IMG/VR virus record: IMGVR_UViG_3300048590_000360
Coordinates: 4,202 to 68,201 of that record
DNA: 64,000 bases
Source of the DNA: a virus
Strand: one strand, 5' to 3'
Position 1 is the first letter of the stretch; every line of letters starts with the position of its first letter. The notes beneath the pieces were generated by a model that made no database searches, was not told the origin of the DNA, and saw only the letters and a program-made list of their open reading frames with translations. A program made the position numbers and the translations under genes. Of the stretch, positions 53,350 to 63,638 are shown piece by piece.

Positions 53350-53601
53350 ATGACTGAAAAAGAATTTAGCAAATCCCGTGCAATAAAAAGTGTACTCAGG
53401 TATCTTTCTGTGATACCTGTGGAGTTATCTTATGCAAGTCGTGTAACAACTGCGCGTGATTGTGCGTATGAAGAAGCAAAAATGTTAACGTCAATGGCAC
53501 ACACACAGAAAGATATAAGGGTATTAACCTATATTAAGAAATATTTGGCAAACGTGAAATACAAAGATTTAAGGGAGGATTTGTGTAATGCAATGGATTA
53601 A
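53350..53601 (+). CDS. plus-strand hypothetical protein (moron-like)
   Basis: ATG at 53350 (MTEKEFSKS..); the track start at 53290 is TTG. Confidence 0.45.
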   Translation: MTEKEFSKSRAIKSVLRYLSVIPVELSYASRVTTARDCAYEEAKMLTSMAHTQKDIRVLTYIKKYLANVKYKDLREDLCNAMD

Positions 53602-53839
53602 AATTAAAGAAGATTACGGGTGTGAATTAGCCTGTATCTATCTATTAGATTACCTTAACACTGTTTATGACAGGGTAAGAATAGAAACGTCAAAAAAAAG
53701 GGTTCTTATTACTGGTATTTCCGGTGTTGACGAAGAAGTTTATACTCATAGGTCGTATAGGTCAGAGAAACCTGTCCCTGAGAAATTATTCGATGCCTTA
53801 TACGCTTTTACGTTTAAGGATGCACCACATTTGAATTAA
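53588..53839 (+). CDS. plus-strand hypothetical protein (moron-like)
   Basis: 83-aa ORF overlapping the previous one by 14 nt; a terminator follows. Confidence 0.45.
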   Translation: MQWIKIKEDYGCELACIYLLDYLNTVYDRVRIETSKKRVLITGISGVDEEVYTHRSYRSEKPVPEKLFDALYAFTFKDAPHLN

Positions 53840-53861
53840 GGAAAGTTTATGTGAAGAAAAA

Positions 53862-53883
53862 GGGGTGTAGTCGGATACACCCC
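53862..53883. terminator. bidirectional terminator hairpin
   Basis: GGGGTGTA-gtcgga-TACACCCC, T-rich on both sides. Sits between the convergent plus-strand pair and the capsid gene. Confidence 0.65.
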
Positions 53884-53912
53884 TTCCCTTTGTTCTCTAA
53901 TCACCATTGGTG

Positions 53913-55352
53913 TTAAGAACGCTTAATGTACAGACAAGTGTTGGCTGCCATAAGTTCAAAGCCCATTACTGAATAATAACGAATCTCATAAACTGCTTTA
54001 GCATCATCACCTTCTTTCATTTTGTCGTGGAATACAACACGCTTACGGTTATCCTCACCTCTTGCAGATTCAAGGTAACGTAAACGAAGTGTTGGTACCA
54101 TTTGTCCGAATTCTTCTCCACCGGCTACTTTCGCTTGCTTAGTAGGGATTAAGAATCCTTCGTATGGGTATCCATAACCAGAAGCACCAAGAGATTGAAC
54201 GTCATTAAACGCTTCCATTCTCCTTTTTAGGAACCGGTGTCCATTAACAGAAAACTCCTGAAAACGTAGGTTAGCAGATTTCTCAGCATCAGCAGAGAAT
54301 GTACCATAAGAGATAGCACCATTCTTCAGGATGTCACGGAACTCACGGTCAATTTGTCCGTCAAGACGGATACCATTGAACATCATGTGTTCGTCACCGG
54401 CTTTTTCAGCATTCAAAGTGATAACCATGTCCTCAATATCAGATACCGTCAAACCAGTTGCACCGGTGTAGTTCTGAATGTTGGCACGGCTAATCATCTC
54501 AGGAATCAAACCATTTGAGCGTAACACCGGAGTTTCAGCAGTATGGAACACTTGTGCAAGGGTAGTGTTGCTGATTTGTTCACCAACAAGTAATCCCAAG
54601 TCAATTTTATTACAAAATACTGCGTAAGCCTGTTGTTCACCTTTAATTGTGAATTTAGGTGCGCCACGGTCAGCACCGTCTGGTTCGTACCATAACACCA
54701 CGTCATTACCAATATATGAAACAGTGTGTTTCATAGTGGTAGTACCCATGTAGTTTGAATACTTAGTGGCTTTAAATGAATAACCTTCAGGAAATGCTTC
54801 ACCTTCACCTGTAGCTTGTCCTACAATAGAGATTTCATCTGCTGTAGCAATCGCAGGGATAGCTTTAGTAGAATTTACAGGGTAAGCAACGAATGTCCCA
54901 GCTGATTTGTTAACAGATGTTACGATTGCCTGAATGTAGTTACCACTTGAAGCGGTAGTACCTGAAGCTGGTTTAATCTGAATGATGTCACCTTTAACAA
55001 CTGAGTTGCCATTTTTAGTACCGGTAACACTTGTGTCATACGGAGACGCTGAACCTATTGAAGTAGTAGATGAACTATCCAAAATAAATGTAGCGGCTGC
55101 ACCGGCACTTGCACCAGTAGTAGTAGCTTTGATTTTCGGATAAATTCTATCTTCTTCCCAATGGTCGTATTGGATGTCTGTTGCACCTTTTTCTGCTCCG
55201 AACATTTGGAACAAATAAGATAGGTTTAACAGTTCTTTGCCATAGCGTGAAGTCAATAGACGTTCTACGTCAGGTCTGATAGCACTGTATGTGCTGTAGA
55301 AATTGTGGTCGGTGGGTGTGTATGTTTGTCCACCTTTTGTGTAAGTTGCCAT
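53913..55352 (-). CDS. major capsid protein
   Basis: Third gene of the portal-scaffold-capsid order. 479 aa with a strong terminator. No motif-level proof. Confidence 0.6.
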   Translation of the reverse strand: MATYTKGGQTYTPTDHNFYSTYSAIRPDVERLLTSRYGKELLNLSYLFQMFGAEKGATDIQYDHWEEDRIYPKIKATTTGASAGAAATFILDSSSTTSIGSASPYDTSVTGTKNGNSVVKGDIIQIKPASGTTASSGNYIQAIVTSVNKSAGTFVAYPVNSTKAIPAIATADEISIVGQATGEGEAFPEGYSFKATKYSNYMGTTTMKHTVSYIGNDVVLWYEPDGADRGAPKFTIKGEQQAYAVFCNKIDLGLLVGEQISNTTLAQVFHTAETPVLRSNGLIPEMISRANIQNYTGATGLTVSDIEDMVITLNAEKAGDEHMMFNGIRLDGQIDREFRDILKNGAISYGTFSADAEKSANLRFQEFSVNGHRFLKRRMEAFNDVQSLGASGYGYPYEGFLIPTKQAKVAGGEEFGQMVPTLRLRYLESARGEDNRKRVVFHDKMKEGDDAKAVYEIRYYSVMGFELMAANTCLYIKRS

Positions 55353-55387
55353 TTTTGTTTTAAAAATTAAGTTTGTAAATTAACACT

Positions 55388-56491
55388 TTAGCCAAGTATT
55401 GAGTTACGTGCCTTATCTTCTGCTGTGAGTGGTTTAGTCGGTTCAGTAACGCTATTGTTACCTCTCTTAAAATCAATATTATCAATCTTCTCTACTGTTG
55501 ATTTCGATCCTATCGAAACTCCTTCATTAAAGATTGTTCTACTGATATCTTCAAACCTATCCAGCGTAAGAATATCTCTACGCATTTTGTTATAGTCAAC
55601 GGATACTTGACCTTCTTTGTCCGTTAACCACCTTTGCCATATCATGTTTGAATTGCCAGTCATTGTGTTAATAACTCCACTTTTCGCTTCGTCGTTAACA
55701 TCGAAATTGACTTCAGCCACAACTTCACCTTTCGCATTTGTAATTTTAAATGTTTCTTTGGCGTAATTTTTAAGGTTGTCACTGAGGGCATTTTTCAACA
55801 CAATCATTTGTTCCTCTATCTTAGCTGGTGCGTTTTGCTGTTCTGCCTTTTTAACCATGTACTTTATCTCACTAAGATTCGGTAGTTTAGATTTAATTTC
55901 ATTAATTTTCTTAATGGCATTTCTTTCTTCTCTTGCAAATTTAGCTGATAACAAGTCTAAAAAATCTGGAGTAATTTTACCTTCATCAATAAGGTTTTGA
56001 ATATCCTCATCTGAAAATTTATCTTCATCCAAATACTTGTATTCCTGTAGTGCAGCTTCAATTTCAATATCTGATATTTCCGGGTCGTCTAATAACATTG
56101 CTGCTTTTAGAATTTCCACAGAATCCATTTGTTCCGGATCCATTGATTGGATTACCTTAATATCTTCTGTGGTGTACCCGTATTGTTCAACTAAGGAATT
56201 GTCAATCCTTTCATATATATCTAAGATTGAATCATCTTCACTGATGAATGGTTTTTCCTCTTTCTGTGTTTCTATTGGTACCTGTTCTTCTGTCTTAGTC
56301 TCTACAGATGTAGTAACGGGTGTTTGTTCTTCAGATTTTGTCTCCGCAGGAGGTGTTGCCGGTGCCTGTTCTTCAGATTTTGTCTCCGCAGGAGGTGTTG
56401 CCGGTGCCTGTTCTTCAGGTTTTGCGTTTTCTTCATTCAAAGAACTATCTACCCTTTTCATTCCGGGTACTTCATCAAAAATTCCATTCAT
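55388..56491 (-). CDS. scaffolding protein
   Basis: Acidic and helical, lying between portal and capsid, with 14-aa EEQAPATPPAETKS repeats. Confidence 0.55.
   Translation of the reverse strand: MNGIFDEVPGMKRVDSSLNEENAKPEEQAPATPPAETKSEEQAPATPPAETKSEEQTPVTTSVETKTEEQVPIETQKEEKPFISEDDSILDIYERIDNSLVEQYGYTTEDIKVIQSMDPEQMDSVEILKAAMLLDDPEISDIEIEAALQEYKYLDEDKFSDEDIQNLIDEGKITPDFLDLLSAKFAREERNAIKKINEIKSKLPNLSEIKYMVKKAEQQNAPAKIEEQMIVLKNALSDNLKNYAKETFKITNAKGEVVAEVNFDVNDEAKSGVINTMTGNSNMIWQRWLTDKEGQVSVDYNKMRRDILTLDRFEDISRTIFNEGVSIGSKSTVEKIDNIDFKRGNNSVTEPTKPLTAEDKARNSILG
56325..56426. repeat. 42-bp tandem repeat x2.4 inside scaffold gene
   Basis: tgttcttcagattttgtctccgcaggaggtgttgccggtgcc at 56325 and 56367, with a partial third copy. 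Confidence 0.9.
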
Positions 56492-56512
56492 TTTTATTTG
56501 ATTTAATTGTTA

Positions 56513-56520
56513 CAAAAGTA
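56513..56520 (-). promoter_or_regulatory. -7 box TACTTTTG
   Basis: 21 nt before the ATG at 56491. Confidence 0.4.
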
Positions 56521-56556
56521 ATAAAAATTTATTTCATTACACAAGTATGTGTTTTT

Positions 56557-58959
56557 TCACACGTCTAATGCTGATTTAATTGGATTGAATTGTGTCTGTG
56601 GGTCACGGACTCCTGGAACTAAGTCTGTTCCAGGTTTACTACCTATATCTGCTGTAGGTGAATTTTGGTCAGACAACTCCGCAGCAACTTGAATCTTTTC
56701 AATTTCACTATCACCTCTAATATGGGCTACTGCTCTATCACCGTTTATTTCAGTTTCTTTAAGTCTAATCTTCCATGTATATTCTGCTTCAATCTCAGCT
56801 AAACGGGCTTCTGTTTTTGCTTTAATAATTTGCAGTTCTTTCTCAGTGCTTGCCACGACAGACATTTTTTCTCTTTCAGCAATTAACATTTCTTGTTCTG
56901 CACGTTGTTTGCTAACTTCCTCATTCCTTTTCTTCATGATGTACGATAACATCCTTTCACCTTTCTTGGTATTAAGTGTCCTGCGGATATTAGTAGCATC
57001 ATCCAATGTAATAGATTTTTCCTGAAGGGCAATTTGGATATCGTTCTCAAGCTTAGCAATTTCCTCTTTCCCTGGTAGTGCTTCAGTTTTAATACCTAAT
57101 TCAATAGATTCAACGTCACCTAATGCTTCCATTGATACGATACCCATTTGGCCGATTACAGATTCATAAGCATCTCTGCAAGATGGGTCGTGTACCAATC
57201 TTATCTGAATCATTCGGCTTAATGTTTCTCCAGTGGGTTCATAGATTCCTTTGACATAGGTTTGGTAAATTTCCCTAAGTGCGTTATTAGAATTTATTAG
57301 TTGTAATTTTTGAATACCTATTGCTGTATCTTTGTCCGGTTTAAATGTATCCATTGCAGATATACCGGTTATCTCTCTTATTTTCTCCAATTCAAATCTG
57401 ATAATCTCCATGAATGGAGCAATCTGTCCCACGATGCCGTTTGGCAATGGGATAATTGGTGGCCTGTTCATATATTCTCCGTCAACAGTTGAATCTGAAT
57501 GCACCAATATACCCTTTTGGACATATAGTTTAATTAATTCCGTTGGGTCTGAGACTTTAACAGAATCAAGCATTACACCTGTTAATGAATCTATACTTAT
57601 GGATACCCCTGGAGGGATAGCTTGTGCAATGAACTGACGCATCTTCAATGATGCTATCTGTATATTGTCAAGGTGTGATTTACTTCTATCAATAAGACTA
57701 CGGCTTTCATTGTATCTGTAGTTAATTGAATACATTATAAATTTCCGGTAACAGCGTGAACTTAGTTTACCTGATTTCTTTGGGCGTAGTGAATTCTTTG
57801 CTCTCCCCCACGATGCCATCTTATCAATAGAGATTACATATATTCCTTCATATTCTCTTTCAATGCTTTTGGCAAATTTCTTATCTTCATCAATCTCTGT
57901 GTTAAAACCTTTGTTGTTGAAGTAATGGTTGCCGTATTTATTTTCTTTCCATTCCCAATTTAACAAATCCTCACTATACAGTATAAAATCAAGTATTTGA
58001 ATCCTATATTCATCATACGTTTCTTCTTCTCTTGTTCTTTGAGTGCTGTAGTTTTGGTAGCTTTCCCCGAAACTCCAAATGGGATTGCCATTGGAATTTG
58101 CTGCTTTTTTTGCTGCTTGGAAAAGTTCTTCTTCTGAAAGGTGTTGGTTAAGTTTGCGAAGTTCTCTTACTGTTATGAATTTCAGTTCTCCCATGTATTC
58201 TACATCCTTCAAGTCAGGTCTGTCTGTTTGAGAATGGATTATAAATTCTATGTCAGAATATCTGATTCTGGGTTTATTGTTTTCGTCGAAGTACAACCTT
58301 ATTGCTGCTCTGCTATTTTCCAGTAAGTCACGTTTTACTCTCTTGCTGATTTCCTGCCAATCATTATTGTAAAATTCAAAATTTGTAAGTTCCTCAAAGG
58401 CAATTTCAATATCCTGTTTAAATGTCAAGTCCATGTGCATATCTATTTCGTCAATAGACTTGAATACCATTTTAGGTATCTTCATTAAAGGGATACCGGT
58501 TTGCTTTTCTAATTCAAGTGCCGTTTTATATTTGACATAATCACCGATGAACTTATCCCTTGCATTATCCCTTAGTGATTTACTTTTTGGGTCAATAGCA
58601 TTGAATTGAATGTTATATTCCTGATTCAGCATATCCCCTAATACGGAGTCAATTAATACAGGCATAGGGCTAACAATGTCCCACGATATATTAAGGTATG
58701 ATTCACCTGTGCTATCAATCTCTTGGTCTAGTACAGGCATGTATTGACGTATATCCTGATTTCCGTCTGAATAGAGTCTGTTGTTGCGTATTTTTTGCCG
58801 TCTCCTTGTAAGATATTCATCGTACAGTGCTTTACTGTAGATGTGTTTAGCAACACGTTTCCCCCATTTAGGGGTTTGTTTTATTGCTGGGTCTATATCT
58901 GAATTGGGGAAAGGTGATTCAGACATTATTTTTTCATAATCTTCTTTGGATCTGGCCAT
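56557..58959 (-). CDS. portal protein
   Basis: 800 aa, immediately upstream of scaffold and capsid. C-terminal helical, charged barrel-like region. Confidence 0.6.
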   Translation of the reverse strand: MARSKEDYEKIMSESPFPNSDIDPAIKQTPKWGKRVAKHIYSKALYDEYLTRRRQKIRNNRLYSDGNQDIRQYMPVLDQEIDSTGESYLNISWDIVSPMPVLIDSVLGDMLNQEYNIQFNAIDPKSKSLRDNARDKFIGDYVKYKTALELEKQTGIPLMKIPKMVFKSIDEIDMHMDLTFKQDIEIAFEELTNFEFYNNDWQEISKRVKRDLLENSRAAIRLYFDENNKPRIRYSDIEFIIHSQTDRPDLKDVEYMGELKFITVRELRKLNQHLSEEELFQAAKKAANSNGNPIWSFGESYQNYSTQRTREEETYDEYRIQILDFILYSEDLLNWEWKENKYGNHYFNNKGFNTEIDEDKKFAKSIEREYEGIYVISIDKMASWGRAKNSLRPKKSGKLSSRCYRKFIMYSINYRYNESRSLIDRSKSHLDNIQIASLKMRQFIAQAIPPGVSISIDSLTGVMLDSVKVSDPTELIKLYVQKGILVHSDSTVDGEYMNRPPIIPLPNGIVGQIAPFMEIIRFELEKIREITGISAMDTFKPDKDTAIGIQKLQLINSNNALREIYQTYVKGIYEPTGETLSRMIQIRLVHDPSCRDAYESVIGQMGIVSMEALGDVESIELGIKTEALPGKEEIAKLENDIQIALQEKSITLDDATNIRRTLNTKKGERMLSYIMKKRNEEVSKQRAEQEMLIAEREKMSVVASTEKELQIIKAKTEARLAEIEAEYTWKIRLKETEINGDRAVAHIRGDSEIEKIQVAAELSDQNSPTADIGSKPGTDLVPGVRDPQTQFNPIKSALDV

Positions 58960-58981
58960 AACTTTTTATCTAAAAGTGTTC

Positions 58982-58989
58982 CAAAGATA
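58982..58989 (-). promoter_or_regulatory. -7 box TATCTTTG
   Basis: 22 nt before the ATG at 58959. Confidence 0.45.
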
Positions 58990-59040
58990 CAATAAAAAAA
59001 GGGAGTGTAATACCCCCTTCTTTTATTATTGTTGTTCTAT

Positions 59041-60126
59041 TCATTCTGCCGGAGCATCATTGACTTCTTTATTCGCCAAAAGTAGGCTTGTTAATCTACT
59101 TGTGTCAACCATTAATTCTTCTTCCAATTCTGAGATAGAACCGTATTTCTTTGCTCTTTTTGACCCGTGGTACCTGACAAAAACACCTTCAGGCGTTTCT
59201 TCTATTACCTGAAGTTCTTTTGATTCATTAATAATTTTACTGATTAAAGAAAAGTCTTTTGCAACGCCACGCTTAACGTCGAATTCTTCATCTGCTTTCA
59301 ATGTTGGTTCCACAAGCATAATGATATCCTTCAGTGACTGCATGAATTCAGGTTTCTTGTCGCACATTTCACAGAAGTAGTCAAACACAGGCATATTGTG
59401 ACTTTGAGCAATTAATAAACCGTTTTTGAATGACAATTTATTCGCGCCTCTATCTTCTACAATGTGGCCGTCCATGATTGCCCTACTCATCCAATATTTT
59501 ACCTTCATAACCGGATTGCTAATTGCATTCATGATTAATTCAGGTGAATTGGTTGCCTTGGCATATAATGCCTGTCTTAGTTCACTGATAGGGTGTTTAA
59601 CTAAAGATGAAACGGGTTCTAAACCATTGCTCATTGCAAAGGATATTGCCATAACTTCATTAGGAGACATAGACCTGATTGCAGATTGAGCTTCAATAAC
59701 CTTTTCAACCTTAGAATTATATTCCTGAGATTTTTGGTCAATATCGAACTGCTTAAAAAGTACGGCATGTTGGTCAAACCTGTAGATAGAATTTTCATTG
59801 TAAGAACAAATCAAAAGGTAAATCAGTAGGTTTGTATCATTCGCATTTACCATTCTACTTCCTCTTTGGAAGATAATTTGTTCTGGGCGCATTACCTTCT
59901 CTCTGTCGCTCATTAGGTCAGTGAAGATTGTAGATAATCCCCTTGTATATTTTATTGAGAAAACTGAACCAGTTTTAGGGTCTCTAATTTCGCACGTTCC
60001 GGGAACTGACATTTGTGGATTTTGTAGGCCGGTAATAAAAACAAAGTTGTCTTTTCCTGCCTGAATCATACGCATTGCCTCATTTTGAATGCGTTTGTAA
60101 ACATCTACATCGGTTAAATTTTTCAT
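59041..60126 (-). CDS. hypothetical protein
   Basis: 361-aa ORF with its own -7 box. Confidence 0.55.
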   Translation of the reverse strand: MKNLTDVDVYKRIQNEAMRMIQAGKDNFVFITGLQNPQMSVPGTCEIRDPKTGSVFSIKYTRGLSTIFTDLMSDREKVMRPEQIIFQRGSRMVNANDTNLLIYLLICSYNENSIYRFDQHAVLFKQFDIDQKSQEYNSKVEKVIEAQSAIRSMSPNEVMAISFAMSNGLEPVSSLVKHPISELRQALYAKATNSPELIMNAISNPVMKVKYWMSRAIMDGHIVEDRGANKLSFKNGLLIAQSHNMPVFDYFCEMCDKKPEFMQSLKDIIMLVEPTLKADEEFDVKRGVAKDFSLISKIINESKELQVIEETPEGVFVRYHGSKRAKKYGSISELEEELMVDTSRLTSLLLANKEVNDAPAE

Positions 60127-60149
60127 TACATTTTATTTAATTGTTTCAA

Positions 60150-60157
60150 CAAAGGTA
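60150..60157 (-). promoter_or_regulatory. -7 box TACCTTTG
   Basis: 23 nt before the ATG at 60126. Confidence 0.45.
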
Positions 60158-60166
60158 TGAAATATT

Positions 60167-60844
60167 TTACTTCTTTAGAGATTTCAGCATTGCAATCAAT
60201 TCTGGTTGTGGATGACAATCATCTCTCAGGTTAGCTGTAACGTAACTGCAATGTGTGTATATTCCTGGATTACCGTCTAATGCTTGAATACTTACATCCC
60301 ACATATCTTTCTGATAATCTAACGGTATTCCGTGGTATGAATTCCAATACAGCAGTAATAATCGTAGTGAGTCTATTTGGTTTTGGGTGTATTTTTCATA
60401 GGAATTTCCAGCATGGCGCGTGCCACAATTCTTAGGATATGTAATAACTTTATCGTTTGGAACAATGGCACCTGTCCATGACTTATATACACCATCATCA
60501 AACTTTAACCTTCCCCAACTATCTAATTCAACTTGTGCAGCACCTTGTTCCCTTAGTGTGTGTTTTAGTTTTAGTTTTGAATCTATAGTATTTGAACGGG
60601 AACTAATACCTAACGCATAAGCCCAGAATGTAGAACTAAATAACTGAATGATTTTCCCGTTTCGTTCAATGATTAATGGCGTTGCAACTCTTTCCGTATT
60701 ACTTCTCCATGTATATACGTCCCCTCTTGAATCATCGCCACTACCTGTATGGTGTAGTACGGCCTGATACTTTTTTGTCATTTCCTGTACGTATTGATTT
60801 GCAGGAAAATCTACCTTCTTAATAATATCGAATAACTCTTTCAT
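60167..60844 (-). CDS. N-acetylmuramoyl-L-alanine amidase (amidase_2/PGRP-type endolysin)
   Basis: AVLHHTGS..W......ATPLIIERNGKIIQL and C-terminal H..C (THCS..DDCHP), consistent with T7-lysozyme-type zinc ligands. Confidence 0.55.
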   Translation of the reverse strand: MKELFDIIKKVDFPANQYVQEMTKKYQAVLHHTGSGDDSRGDVYTWRSNTERVATPLIIERNGKIIQLFSSTFWAYALGISSRSNTIDSKLKLKHTLREQGAAQVELDSWGRLKFDDGVYKSWTGAIVPNDKVITYPKNCGTRHAGNSYEKYTQNQIDSLRLLLLYWNSYHGIPLDYQKDMWDVSIQALDGNPGIYTHCSYVTANLRDDCHPQPELIAMLKSLKK

Positions 60845-60862
60845 TTGTTTGATTTTTAATTG

Positions 60863-61705
60863 TTAAAATTTATCAGCGAACATATTCTTTACATTTAATT
60901 GCCATGCTAATTTCATCAGGTCTTTATCGCATTTGTATTCTTCGTAATATCTTTCATTGTCTAATCTTACAATAACGGCACCTAAGAACTTAATGTTTTT
61001 AACCTTACAATCCTTCAGCATATCCATAATTAACTTTCCATACAATGGTAGTTGAATACTATATTTAGTTAAAGCAGTATCCTTGTAATTGCTGAAAATG
61101 TTTCGCATTGGTTTACTGTATTTTGTTTCACTGAACTTCTTTTGGTCAGTACTTTTCCAATCAGTAATAATTATACCATAGTAATCTTTCATTGGGAGAA
61201 TCCACCATTTATCTGGCATACCTACGTATCCTAATTCGGGGGAACCTAATACGGTCTCTGTATCAATTAAAATACATCCTCTATCGTCCATGGTTTGCAA
61301 AAACTTCTTCCCTGCTTCAATCATGTTTTCTGAGATTTCCGTGTATTCTTCGTCACAGTTATGTTCTGGTTCCCTAATCTGTTTAATAAGACCGTATTTT
61401 TCAATAGCATACTTTTCTAAGTAGTAATGGGTACGACTACCTAAACTTGCTCTTTTCTCTCCATATTCTTTCCATCCATTAATAATTACCTGTGCTTTCC
61501 CTTTGTCTCCTTTCGCAATTCGCATAGCAATACCTTCTTCATCAAAAGGTTCATGTAGTGCTGATATGACTTTTGATACTGACGGCCATCCCTGAGAATC
61601 TTTCATCGTGTAGATGTGATTTTCTTCCATAAAGGCTAACCGTAAATCAAATTGTCTAAGAGTAATGGCAGTCTTAATATTATTAATATCCTGATTGATG
61701 TTCAA
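60863..61705 (-). CDS. PD-(D/E)XK family nuclease (RecB/exonuclease-like)
   Basis: G.PD.. , IIITDWKS (D/E-x-K) and QLPLYGKL (QxxxY) motifs, in that order. Confidence 0.5.
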   Translation of the reverse strand: MNINQDINNIKTAITLRQFDLRLAFMEENHIYTMKDSQGWPSVSKVISALHEPFDEEGIAMRIAKGDKGKAQVIINGWKEYGEKRASLGSRTHYYLEKYAIEKYGLIKQIREPEHNCDEEYTEISENMIEAGKKFLQTMDDRGCILIDTETVLGSPELGYVGMPDKWWILPMKDYYGIIITDWKSTDQKKFSETKYSKPMRNIFSNYKDTALTKYSIQLPLYGKLIMDMLKDCKVKNIKFLGAVIVRLDNERYYEEYKCDKDLMKLAWQLNVKNMFADKF

Positions 61706-62255
61706 TTTCTTTAATTTTACTTTTATACGTTTGTATTATCTCTTGAAGTTCACTGATAGTATATTTTTCCGTTTCAGAATTCTGTTCCAGATTAATGACA
61801 GCATCTTCACCTATTTTCTTAATAAGGTTAATACGGTATTCAATTAAGTTCCCCGACATGTGATTGTTACAAGCGGAGCATTGTTTATGGACATTATTCT
61901 CATTAAACCTTAACTGTGGTGCTGCTCCTGTAGTCCTATAGTGTCCTGCGTGGTATTGTCCTGCGTGGTGTCTTTGACAGGAAATACACGGGAGTTTTGA
62001 ATCCCTTACTCTGATATATTTATTGAATACGTTTTGCGCTAACTTTACCCATTCATTCCTTGTCATTATATTTATTCTATCCTGAGTCTGTTTCTTCCGT
62101 TTCTCTTTCTGGATAATTATATATTCCTTATGAACTTGTTTTTCAGAATACTTATAGGCACATGATATGGAACAAACTTGCTGCAAAGGTTTAGTAGGTG
62201 TGTATTTCTTTTTACATATCTTGCAAATTTTCTGTTTGAAAGTTGTATGCTTCAT
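61683..62255 (-). CDS. ninG: NinG/Rap-like recombination endonuclease
   Basis: N-terminal CKICKK..CSISC and C-terminal CISC..HAGH..QCSACN zinc/HNH-like pattern typical of lambda NinG. Confidence 0.6.
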   Translation of the reverse strand: MKHTTFKQKICKICKKKYTPTKPLQQVCSISCAYKYSEKQVHKEYIIIQKEKRKKQTQDRINIMTRNEWVKLAQNVFNKYIRVRDSKLPCISCQRHHAGQYHAGHYRTTGAAPQLRFNENNVHKQCSACNNHMSGNLIEYRINLIKKIGEDAVINLEQNSETEKYTISELQEIIQTYKSKIKEIEHQSGY

Positions 62256-62961
62256 TGAATTCGTTTATACTTGTTTGAAGGGTAAAGTTATTGATTTTTA
62301 CTCTTTCATTTGCAATATTAATCAATAAGAACATCACTTCTTTGTTTTTAATCATGTAAGACTGTTTGTAGATACTGAATAAATCATCATCTGTCATATC
62401 TTCATTATACAGTATCAAGAATTCAAGATATGTCTCATGGGTTAGTTTAACGGATTCTTCATCATTTTTTACTTTATCTTCTTTAATTTCCCTCTGAAGT
62501 GTTTGGCCTAATGTTAATCCGGTCTTTGGGTCTTTAATGTTAAAGATGCTTTCGTTGGAATGGTGTTTTGATTTTTCTTGGTTCCGTTGTATTTCTATCT
62601 GTTCATACTTCCAATCTAAATACTGTTGGAACCATAACCCGATATCTGCGGCTGATAGTTTCCCGTATGTCTTTCCGAACTTCCCAGAAATGCAGTGTTT
62701 GGCAAAAAGAAAAATATCTTCTACTCTTTCCGCAGGATACATGTCCACAAACATATCAATGAAATCAGCAAAGGATTCCTTTGATGTAAAGGTTTCAAAT
62801 TTCTGAAATGTACTTTGAAAAATACGTTGTTTCAGATTTTTTTTCCCGTGTTGCCTTTCAAGTGTTTGTATTGGTATCCCCTGAAGGACTACCTGTAAAA
62901 CGCTCGTTGATGGACTTTGATTTGTTGTTACTTTCTCTGGTAGCATTGACGATTCTTTCAA
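62212..62961 (-). CDS. hypothetical protein (replication-module)
   Basis: 249-aa ORF. Start uncertain; 104-nt overlap with the upstream ORF. Confidence 0.45.
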   Translation of the reverse strand: MKESSMLPEKVTTNQSPSTSVLQVVLQGIPIQTLERQHGKKNLKQRIFQSTFQKFETFTSKESFADFIDMFVDMYPAERVEDIFLFAKHCISGKFGKTYGKLSAADIGLWFQQYLDWKYEQIEIQRNQEKSKHHSNESIFNIKDPKTGLTLGQTLQREIKEDKVKNDEESVKLTHETYLEFLILYNEDMTDDDLFSIYKQSYMIKNKEVMFLLINIANERVKINNFTLQTSINEFNEAYNFQTENLQDM

Positions 62962-63352
62962 ATTGGTTGTTTAATGTTCTAATGGTGAACCTACTTCGTA
63001 TCCATTCATCATTTAGGTCGTAAGCAGCCTGAATGAATATGGATATAGATTTAAGCATGATATCATCTGTTAACTGTCCGTTCTTTTGTTGAATAACGTA
63101 TTTCAGTTTTGTTAAGAGTAACTTAGCATTACCTGCTTCTGCTCCGTTGTAGTAATATGCTAAGTCTTTATCTTCACAGAATTTAATCATTACTTCCTTT
63201 AGTGGTGTGACGTATGACTTATCCCTATTGGAAAGTTCTTTTTGACATGCTTTTATCATTGTTTCTATTTCGATTGTAGGCAAGTCACTGAGGTCATAGG
63301 TCGTTGTTCCTGACTTTTTCCCTGATTGTCGTTTCATTTTTCTTTCTTTCAA
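62858..63352 (-). CDS. hypothetical protein
   Basis: 164-aa ORF with a basic N-terminus. Confidence 0.45.
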   Translation of the reverse strand: MKERKMKRQSGKKSGTTTYDLSDLPTIEIETMIKACQKELSNRDKSYVTPLKEVMIKFCEDKDLAYYYNGAEAGNAKLLLTKLKYVIQQKNGQLTDDIMLKSISIFIQAAYDLNDEWIRSRFTIRTLNNQFERIVNATRESNNKSKSINERFTGSPSGDTNTNT

Positions 63353-63632
63353 GGTATCTTTCCCCTCTTAATTCTGGACATTCTCTTTGAATGATTTGCC
63401 GGTATCTTACAATGCTAAATGCGTTGCTAATTTCCTGGCCTATGGTACCAATGGAATATAGTTTCAAAAATTCCAAAGCACCCATTTTCTTTTCAAACTT
63501 GTTTGCCCGTATTAAGTCTTGCCTCCATATTGCAACCGTAAGGATATGGTCGTCATCCCTCATGTCAGGGTTTGTAAGAAGGAACGATTTTACACGCTCC
63601 TTCAATAACTTGTTATGGTCGAATAAGTCCAT
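63294..63632 (-). CDS. hypothetical protein
   Basis: 112-aa ORF. Confidence 0.5.
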   Translation of the reverse strand: MDLFDHNKLLKERVKSFLLTNPDMRDDDHILTVAIWRQDLIRANKFEKKMGALEFLKLYSIGTIGQEISNAFSIVRYRQIIQRECPELRGERYLERKKNETTIREKVRNNDL

Positions 63633-63638
63633 GATTCC

